A stretch of 64,000 bases of DNA from an uncultured Bacillota bacterium (GTDB lineage Bacteria; Bacillota; DTU025; MWDF01): positions 32,001-96,000 of the forward strand of contig CAWGMK010000013.1 of assembly GCA_963823655.1 (NCBI GenBank), in the 5' to 3' direction. Each line of letters starts with the position of its first letter. The first letter of the stretch is position 1. Of the stretch, positions 1 to 11,642 are shown piece after piece. The position numbers and the translations under genes were made by a program. The notes beneath the pieces were generated by a model, which had not been told where the DNA came from, did no database searches, and saw only the letters and a program-made list of their open reading frames with translations.

Positions 1-419
1 TGGCCTTCGTCATCGCCTTTTTCACCTTTGCGATAATGCAGATTTTCCCCAGGCAGGTTTTCTCGTTTTTCAACAGGGACCCTGAGCTTCTGGACGCAGG
101 CGTAACGTACATGAGGTATGTCTCCTTGGTATATCTGCCATTGTCGCTGCACTTCGTCCTGCAGGGGGTATTAAGAGGCGCGGGGGATACGATACCCGCG
201 ATGCTCATAACGCTAGGAGCCCTTTGGCTCATCAGAGTGCCTGCCGCAATATTGCTATCAGGTGTCGCGGGCATGGGCGTTTCGGGGGTTTGGCTGGCGT
301 TTCCGATCAGCAGCTTCTTCACTTTGATTACGAACTATATATACTACAAATATGGAAAATGGTCGAAAAGGCGGCTGGTTGGCCAACCGGTCTCCGCAGC
401 CGGACTAGAAGAGCTTTAG
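1..419 (+). CDS. MATE family efflux transporter, C-terminal part (5' truncated by window edge)
   Basis: Hydrophobic ORF with MATE-typical 'GVLRGAGDT..M', 'LWLIRVP' and 'GVSGVWLAFPIS'. Confidence 0.85.
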   Translation, partial: AFVIAFFTFAIMQIFPRQVFSFFNRDPELLDAGVTYMRYVSLVYLPLSLHFVLQGVLRGAGDTIPAMLITLGALWLIRVPAAILLSGVAGMGVSGVWLAFPISSFFTLITNYIYYKYGKWSKRRLVGQPVSAAGLEEL

Positions 420-431
420 GAGGGATTTGCC

Positions 432-2241
432 GTGAGCAAAGAGCCAAAGCGCGTACCTACGAGGGATGAAGTACCAACTTCTATGAAATGGAGGCTTGAA
501 GACCTCTATGCCACCGATGAAGCCTGCGAAAAAGACATGGAGCTGGCAAAGGAGCTGGCAGGAAAGCTGGCAGGCTTCGCCGGCAAAGTAGGCGAATCTG
601 CTCAAACCCTGAAAGGGTGCATTGAAACAGCGCTGGAGCTGGGAGACATCGTGGAGGCGTGTTTCATCTACTCTAAGATGAGGCAGGACGAAGACACTTC
701 AGTGGCGAAATACCAGGACCTTCAGGGAAGGGCTTCTGCTCTCGCCGTCCATGTAAGGAGCATCAGCGCCTTCTTCGAACCTGAAGTATTGGCAATCCCG
801 AAGGACGTGCTAGCCGGCTATCTTAAGCAGGAACCGGGGCTCGATATGTACAAGCACATGCTCGATGACATAATCCGGAAGAGGGAGCATACTCTCAACT
901 CCGCAGAGGAGAAGATTGTAGCCCTGGCTTCCGATGTCGGCCGCGGGGCAAGCAATGTCTATACTATGCTCAACAACGCCGATATAAGATTCCCGGAGAT
1001 AGAAGACGAGGATGGCAACAAGGTAGAGCTCACAAAGGGCCGCTATAGCACTTTCATGGAGAGCCGCAACCGCAAAGTCAGGGAGAGCGCTTTCAATGCC
1101 ATGTACGATTCTTACGGTGCTCTAATCAACACAATCGGGGCCAATTTGGACTCCGAGGTGAAGAAGAACATATTCAACTCCAAGGTGAGAGGCTACGAGA
1201 ATGCCCTCTCCTCCTCGCTGGACAGGAACAACATCCCGGTAAAAGTATATGAGAACAACATCGCCGCGGTAAGAAGCAGGCTGGACCTGCTGCAGCGCTA
1301 CATGGGGCTAAGAAAGCGCCTGCTGGGGCTCGATGAGCTTCATATGTGGGACCTGTACGTTCCCATGATTCCCTCGGTAGATATGAAAGTAACCTACGAC
1401 GAGGCGGTAGCGATTGTCAAAGAAGCAGTCAAGCCTCTGGGGGATGAGTACTCCGAAGTGCTGGCAAACGCCCTTGACAGCAGGTGGGTTGATGTAGTCG
1501 AGAACAAAGGCAAGCGTTCGGGGGCCTATTCCTGGGGAAGCAGGAAGGCCCATCCGTATGTGCTCCTTAACTGGCAGGATAATATAAACAACCTATTCAC
1601 GCTCGCCCATGAGATGGGCCATGCCATGCATTCCTGGTACACATGGAAGACCCAGCCTGTGGCATATGCCGACTACCCCATATTCCTAGCCGAGGTAGCC
1701 TCCACATTTCAACGAGGCGCTTCTAAACAGCCATCTTCTTGGCAAGATAACCGGCAAACAGGAGAGAATGTACCTGTTGAACCATTACCTGGAGGAGTTC
1801 AGGGGGACCGTATTCCGCCAGACCATGTTCTCCGAGTTCGAGAAGAAGGTCCATGACGTAGTCGAGCGTGGCGGGGCGCTTACCGCAAGCTCCTTGTCCG
1901 AGATCTACTCTTCCATAAACAAGGATTACTTCGAGCCCGCGGTGAAGATAGACGCCAAGATCGCCATGGAGTGGGCGCGGATACCGCATTTCTACATGAA
2001 CTTCTATGTATTCCAGTACAGCACTGGCTTCTGTTCGGCAGTATCGCTTGCTAAAAGGGTAATGGCGCAAGAGGCCGGTTCGCGCGAAAAGTACTTGAAG
2101 TTCCTTTCCTCCGGCTCCTCGGATTACGCCATCAACCTTCTGAAGGAAGCCGGCGTGGACATGACGACACAGCAGCCCATACTCGATGCCCTCGACGTAT
2201 TCGAAGGATTGCTGGACGAGATGGAGGCAATGCTTAAGTAA
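432..2241 (+). CDS. pepF: Oligoendopeptidase F (M3B); one frameshift at ~1707-1710, probable sequencing error
   Basis: N-terminal 'WRLEDLY', 'NKGKRSGAYS', zinc motif 'TLAHEMGHAMHS', 'AEVASTF'. The frame continues as 'NEALL...FRQTMFSEFE...WARIPHFY.NFYVFQY' in ORF 1768-2241 if one T of TTT is removed. Confidence 0.93.
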
Positions 2242-2301
2242 AGGCCTTCGAAGCGGCATCAGGCATTGGGATGGAGTAACGACATTGCGGGGTGACTTGT
2301 A

Positions 2302-3279
2302 ATGCCGGCGAACCTAACGCCACAGTATCAGGCAGCAGAGGATGCATTCAAGGCGGCCGAGACCCATGAGGAGAAGCTGGCCGCCCTAGAAGAGATGCTG
2401 AAATCCATACCCAAGCACAAGGGTACGGAGAAGATGCAAGCCGAGCTCAAGAAGCGGATCTCCAAGATGAAGACGGAGACCGCCCACGAGGAAGGCAAGA
2501 AAACGGGGAAGGTGGACCCTTACAGGGTCGTCCGCGAAGGCGCGGCGCAAGCTTTCGTAGTGGGCCCGGTTAACTCTGGAAAATCGTCCATAGTGGGCTG
2601 GCTGACGAATGCGAAGGTGACGGTGGCAGAGTACCCGTTCTCAACTGTTGTGCCTATATCGGGCATGATGCTTTTTGAGGATATCAAGTTGGAGCTGGTG
2701 GATACGCCTGCTATCATCCCTGACGATCCTGTGCCGGCGCTGTTTTCGAATGCCAGGCTTGCGGATGTACTGATTGTCGTACTGGATTCCTCAAGCGAAG
2801 ATCCGCTGGGGGATTTGAGCGCAATAGTGGATTTGCTGACAGATAGGAAAGTATTAGTCGAAAGCAGGGACGCGTCACATGCCGGGATTACCCCGGACAG
2901 GATGCTTATTGCGTGCAATAAGGCAGACATACAGGGCGATGAGGAGAATATTGGCATCCTGAAGGAGCTTTACCCCGCTTTCACATTCCTCAGGTGTTCC
3001 GCGTTAACCGGGGAAGGGCTATCCGAGCTTCCGAGGATTGTATTCGAAAAAGCGGGAATTATCAGGGTGTATGCAAAGCCGCCCGGCGGGAAGCTGGAGA
3101 GGAAGGACCCATACGTTGTCAAGAAGGGCTCCTGTGTCGAAGATGTCGCAGAGGCAATCCATAAGGAGCTTAAAGGCAGGTTCAAGAGCGCCAGGCTCTG
3201 GGGTTCATCTAAGTTTTCGGGCATGTCTGTGCACAGGGATTTCATAGTATCGGACGGGGACATCATTGAGTTCGACTGA
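2302..3279 (+). CDS. DRG/OBG-family GTPase with C-terminal TGS domain
   Basis: 'PKHKGTEKM', G1 'GPVNSGKSS', 'YPFST', G3-like 'DTPA', G4 'NKAD', TGS tail 'IIRVYAK...A.AIH...DGDIIEF'. Confidence 0.85.
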   Translation: MPANLTPQYQAAEDAFKAAETHEEKLAALEEMLKSIPKHKGTEKMQAELKKRISKMKTETAHEEGKKTGKVDPYRVVREGAAQAFVVGPVNSGKSSIVGWLTNAKVTVAEYPFSTVVPISGMMLFEDIKLELVDTPAIIPDDPVPALFSNARLADVLIVVLDSSSEDPLGDLSAIVDLLTDRKVLVESRDASHAGITPDRMLIACNKADIQGDEENIGILKELYPAFTFLRCSALTGEGLSELPRIVFEKAGIIRVYAKPPGGKLERKDPYVVKKGSCVEDVAEAIHKELKGRFKSARLWGSSKFSGMSVHRDFIVSDGDIIEFD

Positions 3280-3334
3280 TAGCAGCGTCATAATCATATG
3301 ACATAGGGAATGGACAAAAGGGAGGGCGTTTCAT

Positions 3335-4579
3335 TTGGAATTGGCGAATCTGTTAAAAGAGGGAATAGAGGAGAAATTCATCAGGTATTGCAAGATAGAT
3401 ACCACGAGCATCGTCGGCAGCGATAAGAACCCGAGCAGCGAAGGACAGTGGGAGTTGGCGAAGATGCTGTCCGACGAGCTCGTTATGCTGGGTGTAGAGG
3501 GCGTAGAGACCACCGACAAATGCTTCGTTCTCGGACATATTCCTTCAAATGTGTCAGGAAGTCCGCCCGCTGTAGGTTTCCTTGCTCATATGGATACGGT
3601 CGAAGGCGTGCCTGGGGCAAATATCAAGCCCGTAATACACAAGAAATGGGACGGCAAGCCGATTAGGCTGGCCGATGGGATTGAACTTGGCCTGCACACT
3701 AGCCCCGAGCTTGAAAAGGCCGTCGGCAAGGACTTGATAACATCCGACGGTACAACTCTGCTGGGTACGGACGATAAAGCCGGCATCGCCCAGATAATGC
3801 ATGCACTATGCATGATGAAAAAGGATCCTTCGATTAAGCACGGCGAAGTGTGGGTTGCTTTCACCCCTGACGAAGAGGGGGCAAACGGAATTGAGCACTT
3901 CCCGGTTTCGAAATTCGGAGCGAAGAGGGCATATACGATCGACGGCGGGATGCTGGGCGATTTCCAGGATGAGACATTCACGGCGATCAACGGAAAGCTG
4001 ACGGTGTTTGGCGTGTCCAACCACCCGGGCACGGCCCGTGGACGGATGACCAATGCGATACATGTACTATCAGAGATAATCAGCCTGATCCCCTCGGGGG
4101 AAAGGCCGGAGACGACATCCGACAGGGAGGGTTTCATCCACCCGACAGAGATTGCGGGAAGCGTTGAAGAGGCCCACGCCGATCTGATAATCAGGGATTT
4201 CGAGATGGATAAGGTGAAGAACCGGGAGAAAACCTTTGTCGATGCGGCCAGGGCGATAGCTGCAATGTACAAGGGCACAAGGCTTGAGTGGCAGAGCAAG
4301 ATAGGCTACAAGAACATGAGGGATGTTATTGATTCCGAGCCTCGCATATCGGATCTTGCCAGGAAGGCGATCAAGATGGAGGGGCTGGAATTGGACGAGA
4401 AGCCCATACGCGGCGGCACTGATGGTTCCAGGTTGAGCTACATGGGAATACTTACGCCCAACCTCTTCACCGGAGGCGGCGATTCCCACAGCAGGAACGA
4501 GTGGGCTTGTATCCAGTGGATGGAAAGCGGCAGCAAGGTGCTAATCAGGCTCATGGAGCTGTGGTCAAAGGAGAAATGA
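3335..4579 (+). CDS. pepT: Peptidase T (tripeptidase, M20B)
   Basis: 'AHMDT', 'TSDGTTLLGTDDKAG', 'FTPDEE', 'IRGGTDGSRLS..G..TPNLF.G...H...E'. Confidence 0.93.
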   Translation: MELANLLKEGIEEKFIRYCKIDTTSIVGSDKNPSSEGQWELAKMLSDELVMLGVEGVETTDKCFVLGHIPSNVSGSPPAVGFLAHMDTVEGVPGANIKPVIHKKWDGKPIRLADGIELGLHTSPELEKAVGKDLITSDGTTLLGTDDKAGIAQIMHALCMMKKDPSIKHGEVWVAFTPDEEGANGIEHFPVSKFGAKRAYTIDGGMLGDFQDETFTAINGKLTVFGVSNHPGTARGRMTNAIHVLSEIISLIPSGERPETTSDREGFIHPTEIAGSVEEAHADLIIRDFEMDKVKNREKTFVDAARAIAAMYKGTRLEWQSKIGYKNMRDVIDSEPRISDLARKAIKMEGLELDEKPIRGGTDGSRLSYMGILTPNLFTGGGDSHSRNEWACIQWMESGSKVLIRLMELWSKEK

Positions 4580-5487
4580 CATTGGAGCCCTACGGGGAAG
4601 AGTACAAGGAATGTAAGATCTGTCCCAGGGAATGTGGGGTCGACAGGACTGTCGGCCCTTCTGGATTCTGCAACTGCGGCTCCGTTCCCCATATCGCCCA
4701 TTTCGGCCCTCATAACTGGGAGGAACCCCCGATTAGCGGCTGGCTCGGTTCAGGCACGATATTCTTCTCAGGGTGCAACCTGGGTTGCTCATTCTGCCAG
4801 AACAAGGAGATTTCCAGATATGAAAGAGGAATTATGCTCGACTCAGAGGGCATTGCTGACATAATGCTCAAACTGGGCGGGGAATGCCACAACATCAACC
4901 TGGTGACGGCGGCCCACCATGTGCCTGCAGTGGCGAAGGCATTGGAGTCTGCACGCAGCAGGGGCTTGAAAGTGCCAGTTGTGTATAATACCGGCTCCTA
5001 CGAGAAAGCCTCGGCGATCAGGCGCCTGGAAGGCCTGGTGGACATCTACCTGCCCGATCTTAAATACGCATCCCGAAGGCTGGGAAGCGCATTATCAAAT
5101 GCTCCGGACTACTTCGAAGTAGCAACCGAGGCAATCATAGAGATGCACAGGCAAGTGGGTCACTTGATGCTTGACGACGACGGCATTGCGGTAAAAGGGA
5201 TGCTTATCAGGCATCTGATTATGCCCGGCGAGACCGAGGACTCCTTCTTGGCTCTCGAATGGATAAGAAAGAACATCGGCAAATACGCAAACATCAGCAT
5301 AATGTCGCAGTATACACCGGACTTCCTGGATGATCAGGGTTCGGCTTATGCAAGACTGATAAGCGATGCCGAATATTCGGCAGTTATAGGCAAAGCACTT
5401 GATCTGGGTTTGGAGAACATCTTCACCCAGGAGCTTACTTCCGCCAAGGCTTCCTACGTCCCTCATTTCAATCAACTAGACCGTTAA
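4576..5487 (+). CDS. Radical SAM protein, PflX-like (putative pyruvate-formate-lyase activating enzyme family)
   Basis: ATGA overlap with the pepT stop; 'C.ICPRECGVDR', 'EEPPISG..GSGTIFFSGCNLGCSFCQN', 'HNINLVT', 'VDIYLPDLKY', 'IRHLIMPG'. Confidence 0.85.
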   Translation: MTLEPYGEEYKECKICPRECGVDRTVGPSGFCNCGSVPHIAHFGPHNWEEPPISGWLGSGTIFFSGCNLGCSFCQNKEISRYERGIMLDSEGIADIMLKLGGECHNINLVTAAHHVPAVAKALESARSRGLKVPVVYNTGSYEKASAIRRLEGLVDIYLPDLKYASRRLGSALSNAPDYFEVATEAIIEMHRQVGHLMLDDDGIAVKGMLIRHLIMPGETEDSFLALEWIRKNIGKYANISIMSQYTPDFLDDQGSAYARLISDAEYSAVIGKALDLGLENIFTQELTSAKASYVPHFNQLDR

Positions 5488-5574
5488 TCATCCTTCAGTC
5501 AACGACTTCTCACCGGCAATAGCGATACACCCGGATCATCCAACGCGCCATAATTTTGGCGGGGGTGATACCTG

Positions 5575-6225
5575 TTGTCTTTCATCAGTTTGGAAGCTGT
5601 CAGTTTTTACCACAGGGATGCCTTGGGCAGGAGGTTAAGCCAAGGAATCGCAGATATTGACCTTAAGGTGGAAACTGGAAAAGTGATATCTCTAGTAGGG
5701 CCCAACGGAAGCGGAAAATCCACTGTCATAAAGCTATGCATGGGCTTCGCAGAGCCAACCAAAGGGAAAGTAAGCAGGTCGAAGGGCACATTGCTCAGCT
5801 ACATCAGCGACGGGGGCAGAAGCCTTTATCCCAACCTTAACCTCGTGGAGAATATCGAGTACATGCTGGCAATTAGAGGAATCGGCTATTGCAGCGGCAT
5901 TGGAGATGCTGCCAGGAAGATAAGCTCTTACCTCGGCCTTGATGATATCAGGATCCCGGTCTCATCGATGTCCAGGGGGATGCGGCAGAAGGCTTCGATC
6001 GTTTGTTCCATGCTAACGCCCCATGAGTTCCTTTTCGCAGATGAACCTACCCTTGGGCTTGATTTCGCGTCGCAATGCGAATTCGAGACGATCCTCAGAG
6101 AAGAAAAGGAGCGTGGGCGCGGCGTATGCATTGCCACAAACGACATGGCCATGGCCGGCAGGATTTCTGACGAAATCATAGTCATCTCGAAAGGTAGATT
6201 TACAAAGGGGCAATATGGGCGATGA
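5575..6225 (+). CDS. ABC transporter ATP-binding protein (exporter type)
   Basis: Walker A 'GPNGSGKST', signature 'MSRGMRQK', Walker B 'FADEPTLGLD'. Confidence 0.85.
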   Translation: MSFISLEAVSFYHRDALGRRLSQGIADIDLKVETGKVISLVGPNGSGKSTVIKLCMGFAEPTKGKVSRSKGTLLSYISDGGRSLYPNLNLVENIEYMLAIRGIGYCSGIGDAARKISSYLGLDDIRIPVSSMSRGMRQKASIVCSMLTPHEFLFADEPTLGLDFASQCEFETILREEKERGRGVCIATNDMAMAGRISDEIIVISKGRFTKGQYGR

Positions 6226-6956
6226 GCTTAATCTTATTCGAACTTAAATGCATGTTCAGAAGGAGATTCAAGAATCCGCTATCCCTTGTGATGGAGGCTG
6301 CCGTCGCGGGCGGCATGCTTCTTCTAATTGAAAAGGTCATGTCAGGGATGGGCGGGGATTTGATCGCTTCGAAGCAGATAATGTTTATAGCCTCAATATT
6401 GGCCCTTCCCGCGATTTAGGGCCTCCACAGGCTAATTGCCGAAGAAGCCGCCTATGGAACGATAGAGGCCCTTTTTCAGGTTCCTGGGGGCCCGGTTAGG
6501 GCATTTCTCGCGCGAGACTTAAGTTCCATAGTATCGGTCTTGTTAATTATGCCGCTCATAGCCTTTTCGATATCGAGATTCTCCGCCGTTTCGCCCGTTG
6601 TCTATCTGAAGTATGCCATTCCGATCCTTGTAATGAGGTGCGGCCTTGTAGGAATGGGCATAATCCTGGGGGCTGTGACACTTGTATTCAAGAGGACTGC
6701 CGCAGTAATCAACATTTCCAGCATAATAATGGTGGTTACATCGCTTGGAGCAGGTATCGGGGAGGGAATTCTAGGAAGGCTGGCATCAATGTCGCCTCAC
6801 GGGCTTCTTGCCATTCAACTGCAGAAGGGGATGCAACCGGCAGATATGCTGACGGGGCTAATCATCGTATCAGCGGTATGGATTGGCGCGGGAATCGGGG
6901 TATATAATCTTGCAGTAAGGAGGGCCAGGAGATTCGGCCTTCTTATAGGATCTTGA
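6222..6956 (+). CDS. ABC-2-type permease interrupted by an in-frame TAG at 6417-6419
   Basis: ORFs 6222-6419 and 6540-6956 share one frame. The codons after the TAG read 'GLHRLIAEEAAYGTIEALF', the E..xGT(L/I)E motif of ABC-2 permeases. Multiple TM segments. Confidence 0.7.
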
Positions 6957-6969
6957 ACAGAGGTGGAGA

Positions 6970-7647
6970 ATGGGAAATTTGCCCAAGCTATTCTGTTTCG
7001 ACATGGACGGCACAATAACAGCCATCGGAAGCTCATGGGAGCATTTAAGCCGGCAATTGAACATTTGGGATGACAAGGCGGAGCACCATCTGACGGCCTT
7101 TATAAAAGGCGAGATCGACTACATGGAGTTTTGCAGGCTGGATGCAATGGTGCTTGCCGGGCTTGAAAGCTCAAAGGTGCGAAACGCAATAGAGAGCATC
7201 GAAATCGATTTGGGCATCATAAGGCTTACGCAGCACTTGAAGGATAAAGGCGTTAAGCTGGCCCTGATCTCATCGGGCCTCAGCATCCTGGCCGATAGGG
7301 TAAGAAGCCTTGCGCATTTCGATTACGTATTCGTCAATGAGCTTGAAGAGCGCGGCGGTTATATGACTGGCGGCGTGAAAGTCAACGTATCGATAGATAA
7401 CCCGAAGATGACGAAGAAAGCCATCGTAAGCATGCTTGCGGCCAAGGAAGGCCTTGATAAGGCGGACATTGCGGCTATCGGCGACAATTGGGGCGATCAC
7501 GGGATGATAGAAGAAGCCGGGATGAAGTTCTTCATGAACCGCACCCCGGAAGAAGCAAAGAAAGCACTATTCGTTTTCCCCGATATCATCATTGTCCAGG
7601 ACATGGATGACGTCTGCAGGCATCTTGCGTGCATTGAAGCCTCTTAA
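6970..7647 (+). CDS. HAD-IB family phosphatase (phosphoserine phosphatase-like)
   Basis: Motif I 'FDMDGTI', motif II 'ISSG', conserved K, motif IV 'IGDNWGD'. Confidence 0.8.
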   Translation: MGNLPKLFCFDMDGTITAIGSSWEHLSRQLNIWDDKAEHHLTAFIKGEIDYMEFCRLDAMVLAGLESSKVRNAIESIEIDLGIIRLTQHLKDKGVKLALISSGLSILADRVRSLAHFDYVFVNELEERGGYMTGGVKVNVSIDNPKMTKKAIVSMLAAKEGLDKADIAAIGDNWGDHGMIEEAGMKFFMNRTPEEAKKALFVFPDIIIVQDMDDVCRHLACIEAS

Positions 7648-9787
7648 GCCCTGTTAGGGGCCTCCTGTATTCCAGGAAGGGCGCCGCTTGCGCTCTCATC
7701 GGCAAGGCTTTCCTTGTATTGCAGCTGATAAAGGCCGTAATATATGCCCTTGTGGGTTAGAAGCTCCTGATGGGTCCCGCTTTCGCGTATCTTGCCCTTG
7801 TGAAGGACTATTATCCTGTCTGCATGCTGAATGGTCGAGAGCCTGTGGGCTATGACTATCGTTGTCCTGCCCTTTATGAGTTTGGGCAGGGCATCTTGTA
7901 TGAGCGCCTCGGTCTCTGTATCGATGTTGGCAGTAGCCTCATCGAGCACCAATACCGAAGGGTTGAAAGCAAGCGCCCGGGCGAAGGCCAGCAGCTGCCT
8001 CTGACCGGCGGACAATGTTGAGCCCCTTTCAGTCACTTTTGCGTCATATGCTCCGGGAAGGTTCCTGATGAAGTTGTCGGCATTGACATACTCTGCGACC
8101 TGCCTGACCTTCTCATCCGTAATGGCGCTATTGTTAAGCCTTATGTTGGTCTTAATATCGCCGGTGAAGAGGAAGACGTCCTGGAATACGGTCGACAGGT
8201 TGCGCCTCAGATCCTCCAAGGGAATCATGCCTGATATCTATGCCATCTATGAGGATGCTGCCCTTCTGAATATCGTAATATCTGCTCATAAGGCTGATTA
8301 TCGAAGTCTTGCCGGCGCCGGTCGCACCGACGAACGCAATCATCTGGCCAGGTTCAATGGTAAAGCTTACGTCCCTGAGCACCCATTCCTCGCCGATATA
8401 GGCGAACCAGACATTCCTGAACTCGATCTTCCCCGACAACCGGTCAATATGCTTCGCCTCGGGGCTCGTAACAATCTCAGGCTTCTTGTCGAGAAGCTGG
8501 AATATCCTCTCCGAAGAAGCCATCGCAGCCTGCAGAATATTGTATTTCTCCGCCATCTCATTAATCGGATGGAAGAACTGTCTGACGTAGTTAATGAAGG
8601 CGTAGAAGACGCCAATTTGCACTATGCCGGACATTACTCCTCCTGAGCCGTACCAAATCATCAAGGTAAGCGACATAGAGAAAATGAATTCCATGGTGGG
8701 CCTGAATATTGCGTACACCATGGTCTCCCTAAGGCCCGATTTGAAGTAGCTTGAGTTTATCTTGTCGAAATCCTCCTGTACCCTTTTCTCTACGCTGAAC
8801 AGGTGGATGACTTTGATGCCGCTGATGTTCTCGGAAAGTGTTGCGTTAATCTTAGCAAGCGCCGTTCTGAGCTTCCTGTAGGCGTCCATTGCATATTTCC
8901 TAAACAGCATCGTGGCAATGAAAATCAAAGGAAGCAGGGCATAAGATACCAGGGCAAGGCGATAGTCGAGGCGAAGCATGATTATCAGAATGCCGACGAT
9001 CATAAATACGTCTTTAAAGAGGTTCACTAGCACGCTCGTATACATCTCTATCAAGGTATCCGTGTCGTTCGTAACTCGCGTTACAAGCCTGCCGACAGGG
9101 TTTTTGTCCAAAAAGGCCATATCATGGGACATGATGTGGCTGAATATCTGGCCCCTCATCGAATACACGATGTTCTGACCGACCCAGTTAAGAAGCATTA
9201 TCTCGTAATATGTCAGCACGAACCCAATGAGGCCTGTCAGCATGATGATGGCGGCGATATCCCTGATCCTTGCGCTGTCATACTTCTTGTACTGCAGCAT
9301 CTTGGATTTCTCGATCTCAATAGCCCGGAATACTTGACCCTCGGAATCGCTCGCCTGGAGCAGTCCGGAGTTATCCTTGGACAGCATAAGATCGTGCGTC
9401 GATACAGTCCCCATCACAATGACGGGAGTCTTCTGGACAGAAATCACCGTGACTTGATTGAGGCCCGCTACGGATTCGTTTTTGAGCAGAGCCTTCCTGA
9501 CATAGGCCTTGCCATCTTGAACAAGAACGTACTTCTTCATCCACATAATCCGGTACTTCTGTAACAGAGGAGTATTCGTAGACCACGGTGCCGGTTCCGA
9601 TAATATAGTTGTCTATGGCCACCTTAAGCAGGTAAGGCCTTAGCAAGCTTGTGCCTGTAATGCCGAGCAGCATGACAAGGCCTATTGCAAGGTAGAGGAA
9701 ATATGGACGGGCATAGCCGATGAGCCGGCGCATAAGCGCCGCATCATAGGCTTTTCCCAGAACTTCTTCTTCGTGGTAGTTGGCCAT
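7644..9787 (-). CDS. Multidrug-type ABC exporter, fused TMD-NBD (YheH-like subunit); frameshifts near 9545 and 8228
   Basis: '[20 protein letters not shown]', '[12 protein letters not shown]', 'GATGAGKTS', '[15 protein letters not shown]', '[13 protein letters not shown]' spread over three ORF fragments. Confidence 0.88.
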
Positions 9788-9807
9788 CTGCAATCATACT
9801 GAACCGA

Positions 9808-11559
9808 CTATAAGGCGGCCAGCTCCTCCTCCAATAGTTGTCTGCTGTACATATCGGCATAAATGCCGCCCTGGGCGACCAGATCGTCGTGCTTTCCTCT
9901 TTCAATAACGTTTCCTTCATCAAGGACTATGATCTCGTCCGCATGCTTTATAGTCGAGATCCTGTGCGATATCACTATGCTCGTATGCCCTTTAAGCTCT
10001 TCCGTAAGGGCCTTCAGTATGCTCTCCTCGGTTTGCGTATCAACGGCGGACAGGCAGTCGTCCAGGATCACTATCCTTGGCTTATGGATAAGAGCCCTTG
10101 CGATGGCGACCCGCTGCTTCTGACCGCCTGATAGGGTTACGCCGCGCTCGCCCACCATCGTATCGAACTTGTCAGGGAATTCATTGATGTCCTGGTAGAT
10201 GTGAGCAATCTTCGCGTATTGCTCTACCTTCTCGGAAGGAAGGTCCGTGTCTGCAAATGCTATGTTCTCCCGTATTGTAGTCGAGAACAGGAATGATTCC
10301 TGCGGTACGCAGCCGACCTGCGTTCTCAATGTCGAAAGAGGGATCTTGTTGATATCCACTCCGTCAATGAAAACCGAACCCGCCGGAGGATTATATAGCC
10401 TTGTGAGCACTGACGCAAGGCTGGATTTGCCGCTTCCGAGGCGGCCTACTACAGCGAGCATCTCGCCTGCTTTGACATTCACGTCGAGAGATTTGATCAC
10501 GGGCCTGGAGCCGTCTTTTTCATAACTGAAAGTAAGATTCCTGATGGAAATGTCCCCTTTGATTTCGAAGGGTGCCACGGCGTCCGCATCATCCTTGACA
10601 TCAGGGGTTTCCGTAAATATCTTATTGAGCCTGGCCGCCGACGCCATGCCCCTCTGGATAATATTTATAACCCAGCCCATGCCTATCATGGGCCAGACGA
10701 GCGAACCCAGGTAGCTGTAGAACATTACGAAAGAACCCAATCCGATCTCACCGCTTGCCACCATTGCGCCGCCCTGCCATATGGCGATCACGAAGGCCAT
10801 CGTGGCGAACAGGTTTATCATCGGCTCGAAGACAGCGTCCACTTTCATCAGTGCGACGTTCTTATCGAAGTTGTTCTTTGCGGACTTCATGAAGTTGGCC
10901 GTTTCCAGCCCTTCCTGAGCGAATCCCTTTATTACCCTGATTCCGGATATGCTCTCCTGAGCCCGGTCCGTAAGGTCTGAGAAGGATTCCTGCACCGCTT
11001 TGAAGCGCTGGTTGATGATCTTTCCGAAGTAGAAGACGCTTACTGCGATGAATGGGAAGGGCACCAGACCCAACAGGGCCAGTTTCGTCGGAACGCTGGC
11101 AAACAGCATGACCGTTGTTGCCAGGGTGAGGAAGAGGCTGTCGAAAGTCAGCACAATGCCGGTTCCCAGGCTCTCGCGCACAGCTCTGATGTCATTGGTA
11201 GCATGCGCCATCAAATCGCCTGTCTTGTTTTGCGTGTAGTATCGTTCTGAAAGCTCTGTAAGTTTGCGGAAGAGCATTTTCCGCATCTCATAATCCGCGC
11301 GCCTGGAGGTCCTGTTGACGAACCATCTCCACAGGAAGCGGTTGAGCATTGCGAATGCCCCGATGGCGACCAGCCACCAGACGTAATACATCAGGCTCTT
11401 ATATTCCAATGTGCCGTCCGCAAGGCCGTCTGTAATCGGCCCCAATATCCTCGGGACTACTACTTCACATGCGTCTACGAGTATGAGGAAAATGACACCG
11501 AGCAGGTATCTCCAAAGGTTCTTCTTCAGGAAGGCTTTCAAAAATGCGTAGTGTTTCAC
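9808..11559 (-). CDS. Multidrug-type ABC exporter, fused TMD-NBD (YheI-like subunit)
   Basis: 'TGDLMAHATNDI', 'GRLGSGKSS', 'LSGGQKQRVAIARAL', degenerate Walker B 'LDDCLSAVD'; heterodimer partner is adjacent. Confidence 0.9.
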   Translation of the reverse strand: MKHYAFLKAFLKKNLWRYLLGVIFLILVDACEVVVPRILGPITDGLADGTLEYKSLMYYVWWLVAIGAFAMLNRFLWRWFVNRTSRRADYEMRKMLFRKLTELSERYYTQNKTGDLMAHATNDIRAVRESLGTGIVLTFDSLFLTLATTVMLFASVPTKLALLGLVPFPFIAVSVFYFGKIINQRFKAVQESFSDLTDRAQESISGIRVIKGFAQEGLETANFMKSAKNNFDKNVALMKVDAVFEPMINLFATMAFVIAIWQGGAMVASGEIGLGSFVMFYSYLGSLVWPMIGMGWVINIIQRGMASAARLNKIFTETPDVKDDADAVAPFEIKGDISIRNLTFSYEKDGSRPVIKSLDVNVKAGEMLAVVGRLGSGKSSLASVLTRLYNPPAGSVFIDGVDINKIPLSTLRTQVGCVPQESFLFSTTIRENIAFADTDLPSEKVEQYAKIAHIYQDINEFPDKFDTMVGERGVTLSGGQKQRVAIARALIHKPRIVILDDCLSAVDTQTEESILKALTEELKGHTSIVISHRISTIKHADEIIVLDEGNVIERGKHDDLVAQGGIYADMYSRQLLEEELAAL

Positions 11560-11642
11560 AATACCCCCAGGCGCCAGAACGGCAATTCAATATTATACAA
11601 CCGCAAAGCCATATTTCCATACAGAGTTATTAATCAGCTGTC

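Noticed and set aside
4576-6956. Radical SAM + ABC exporter as a RiPP (sactipeptide/ranthipeptide) cluster
   Set aside because: The enzyme is PflX-like with no SPASM or RRE domain, and no precursor peptide ORF is evident.
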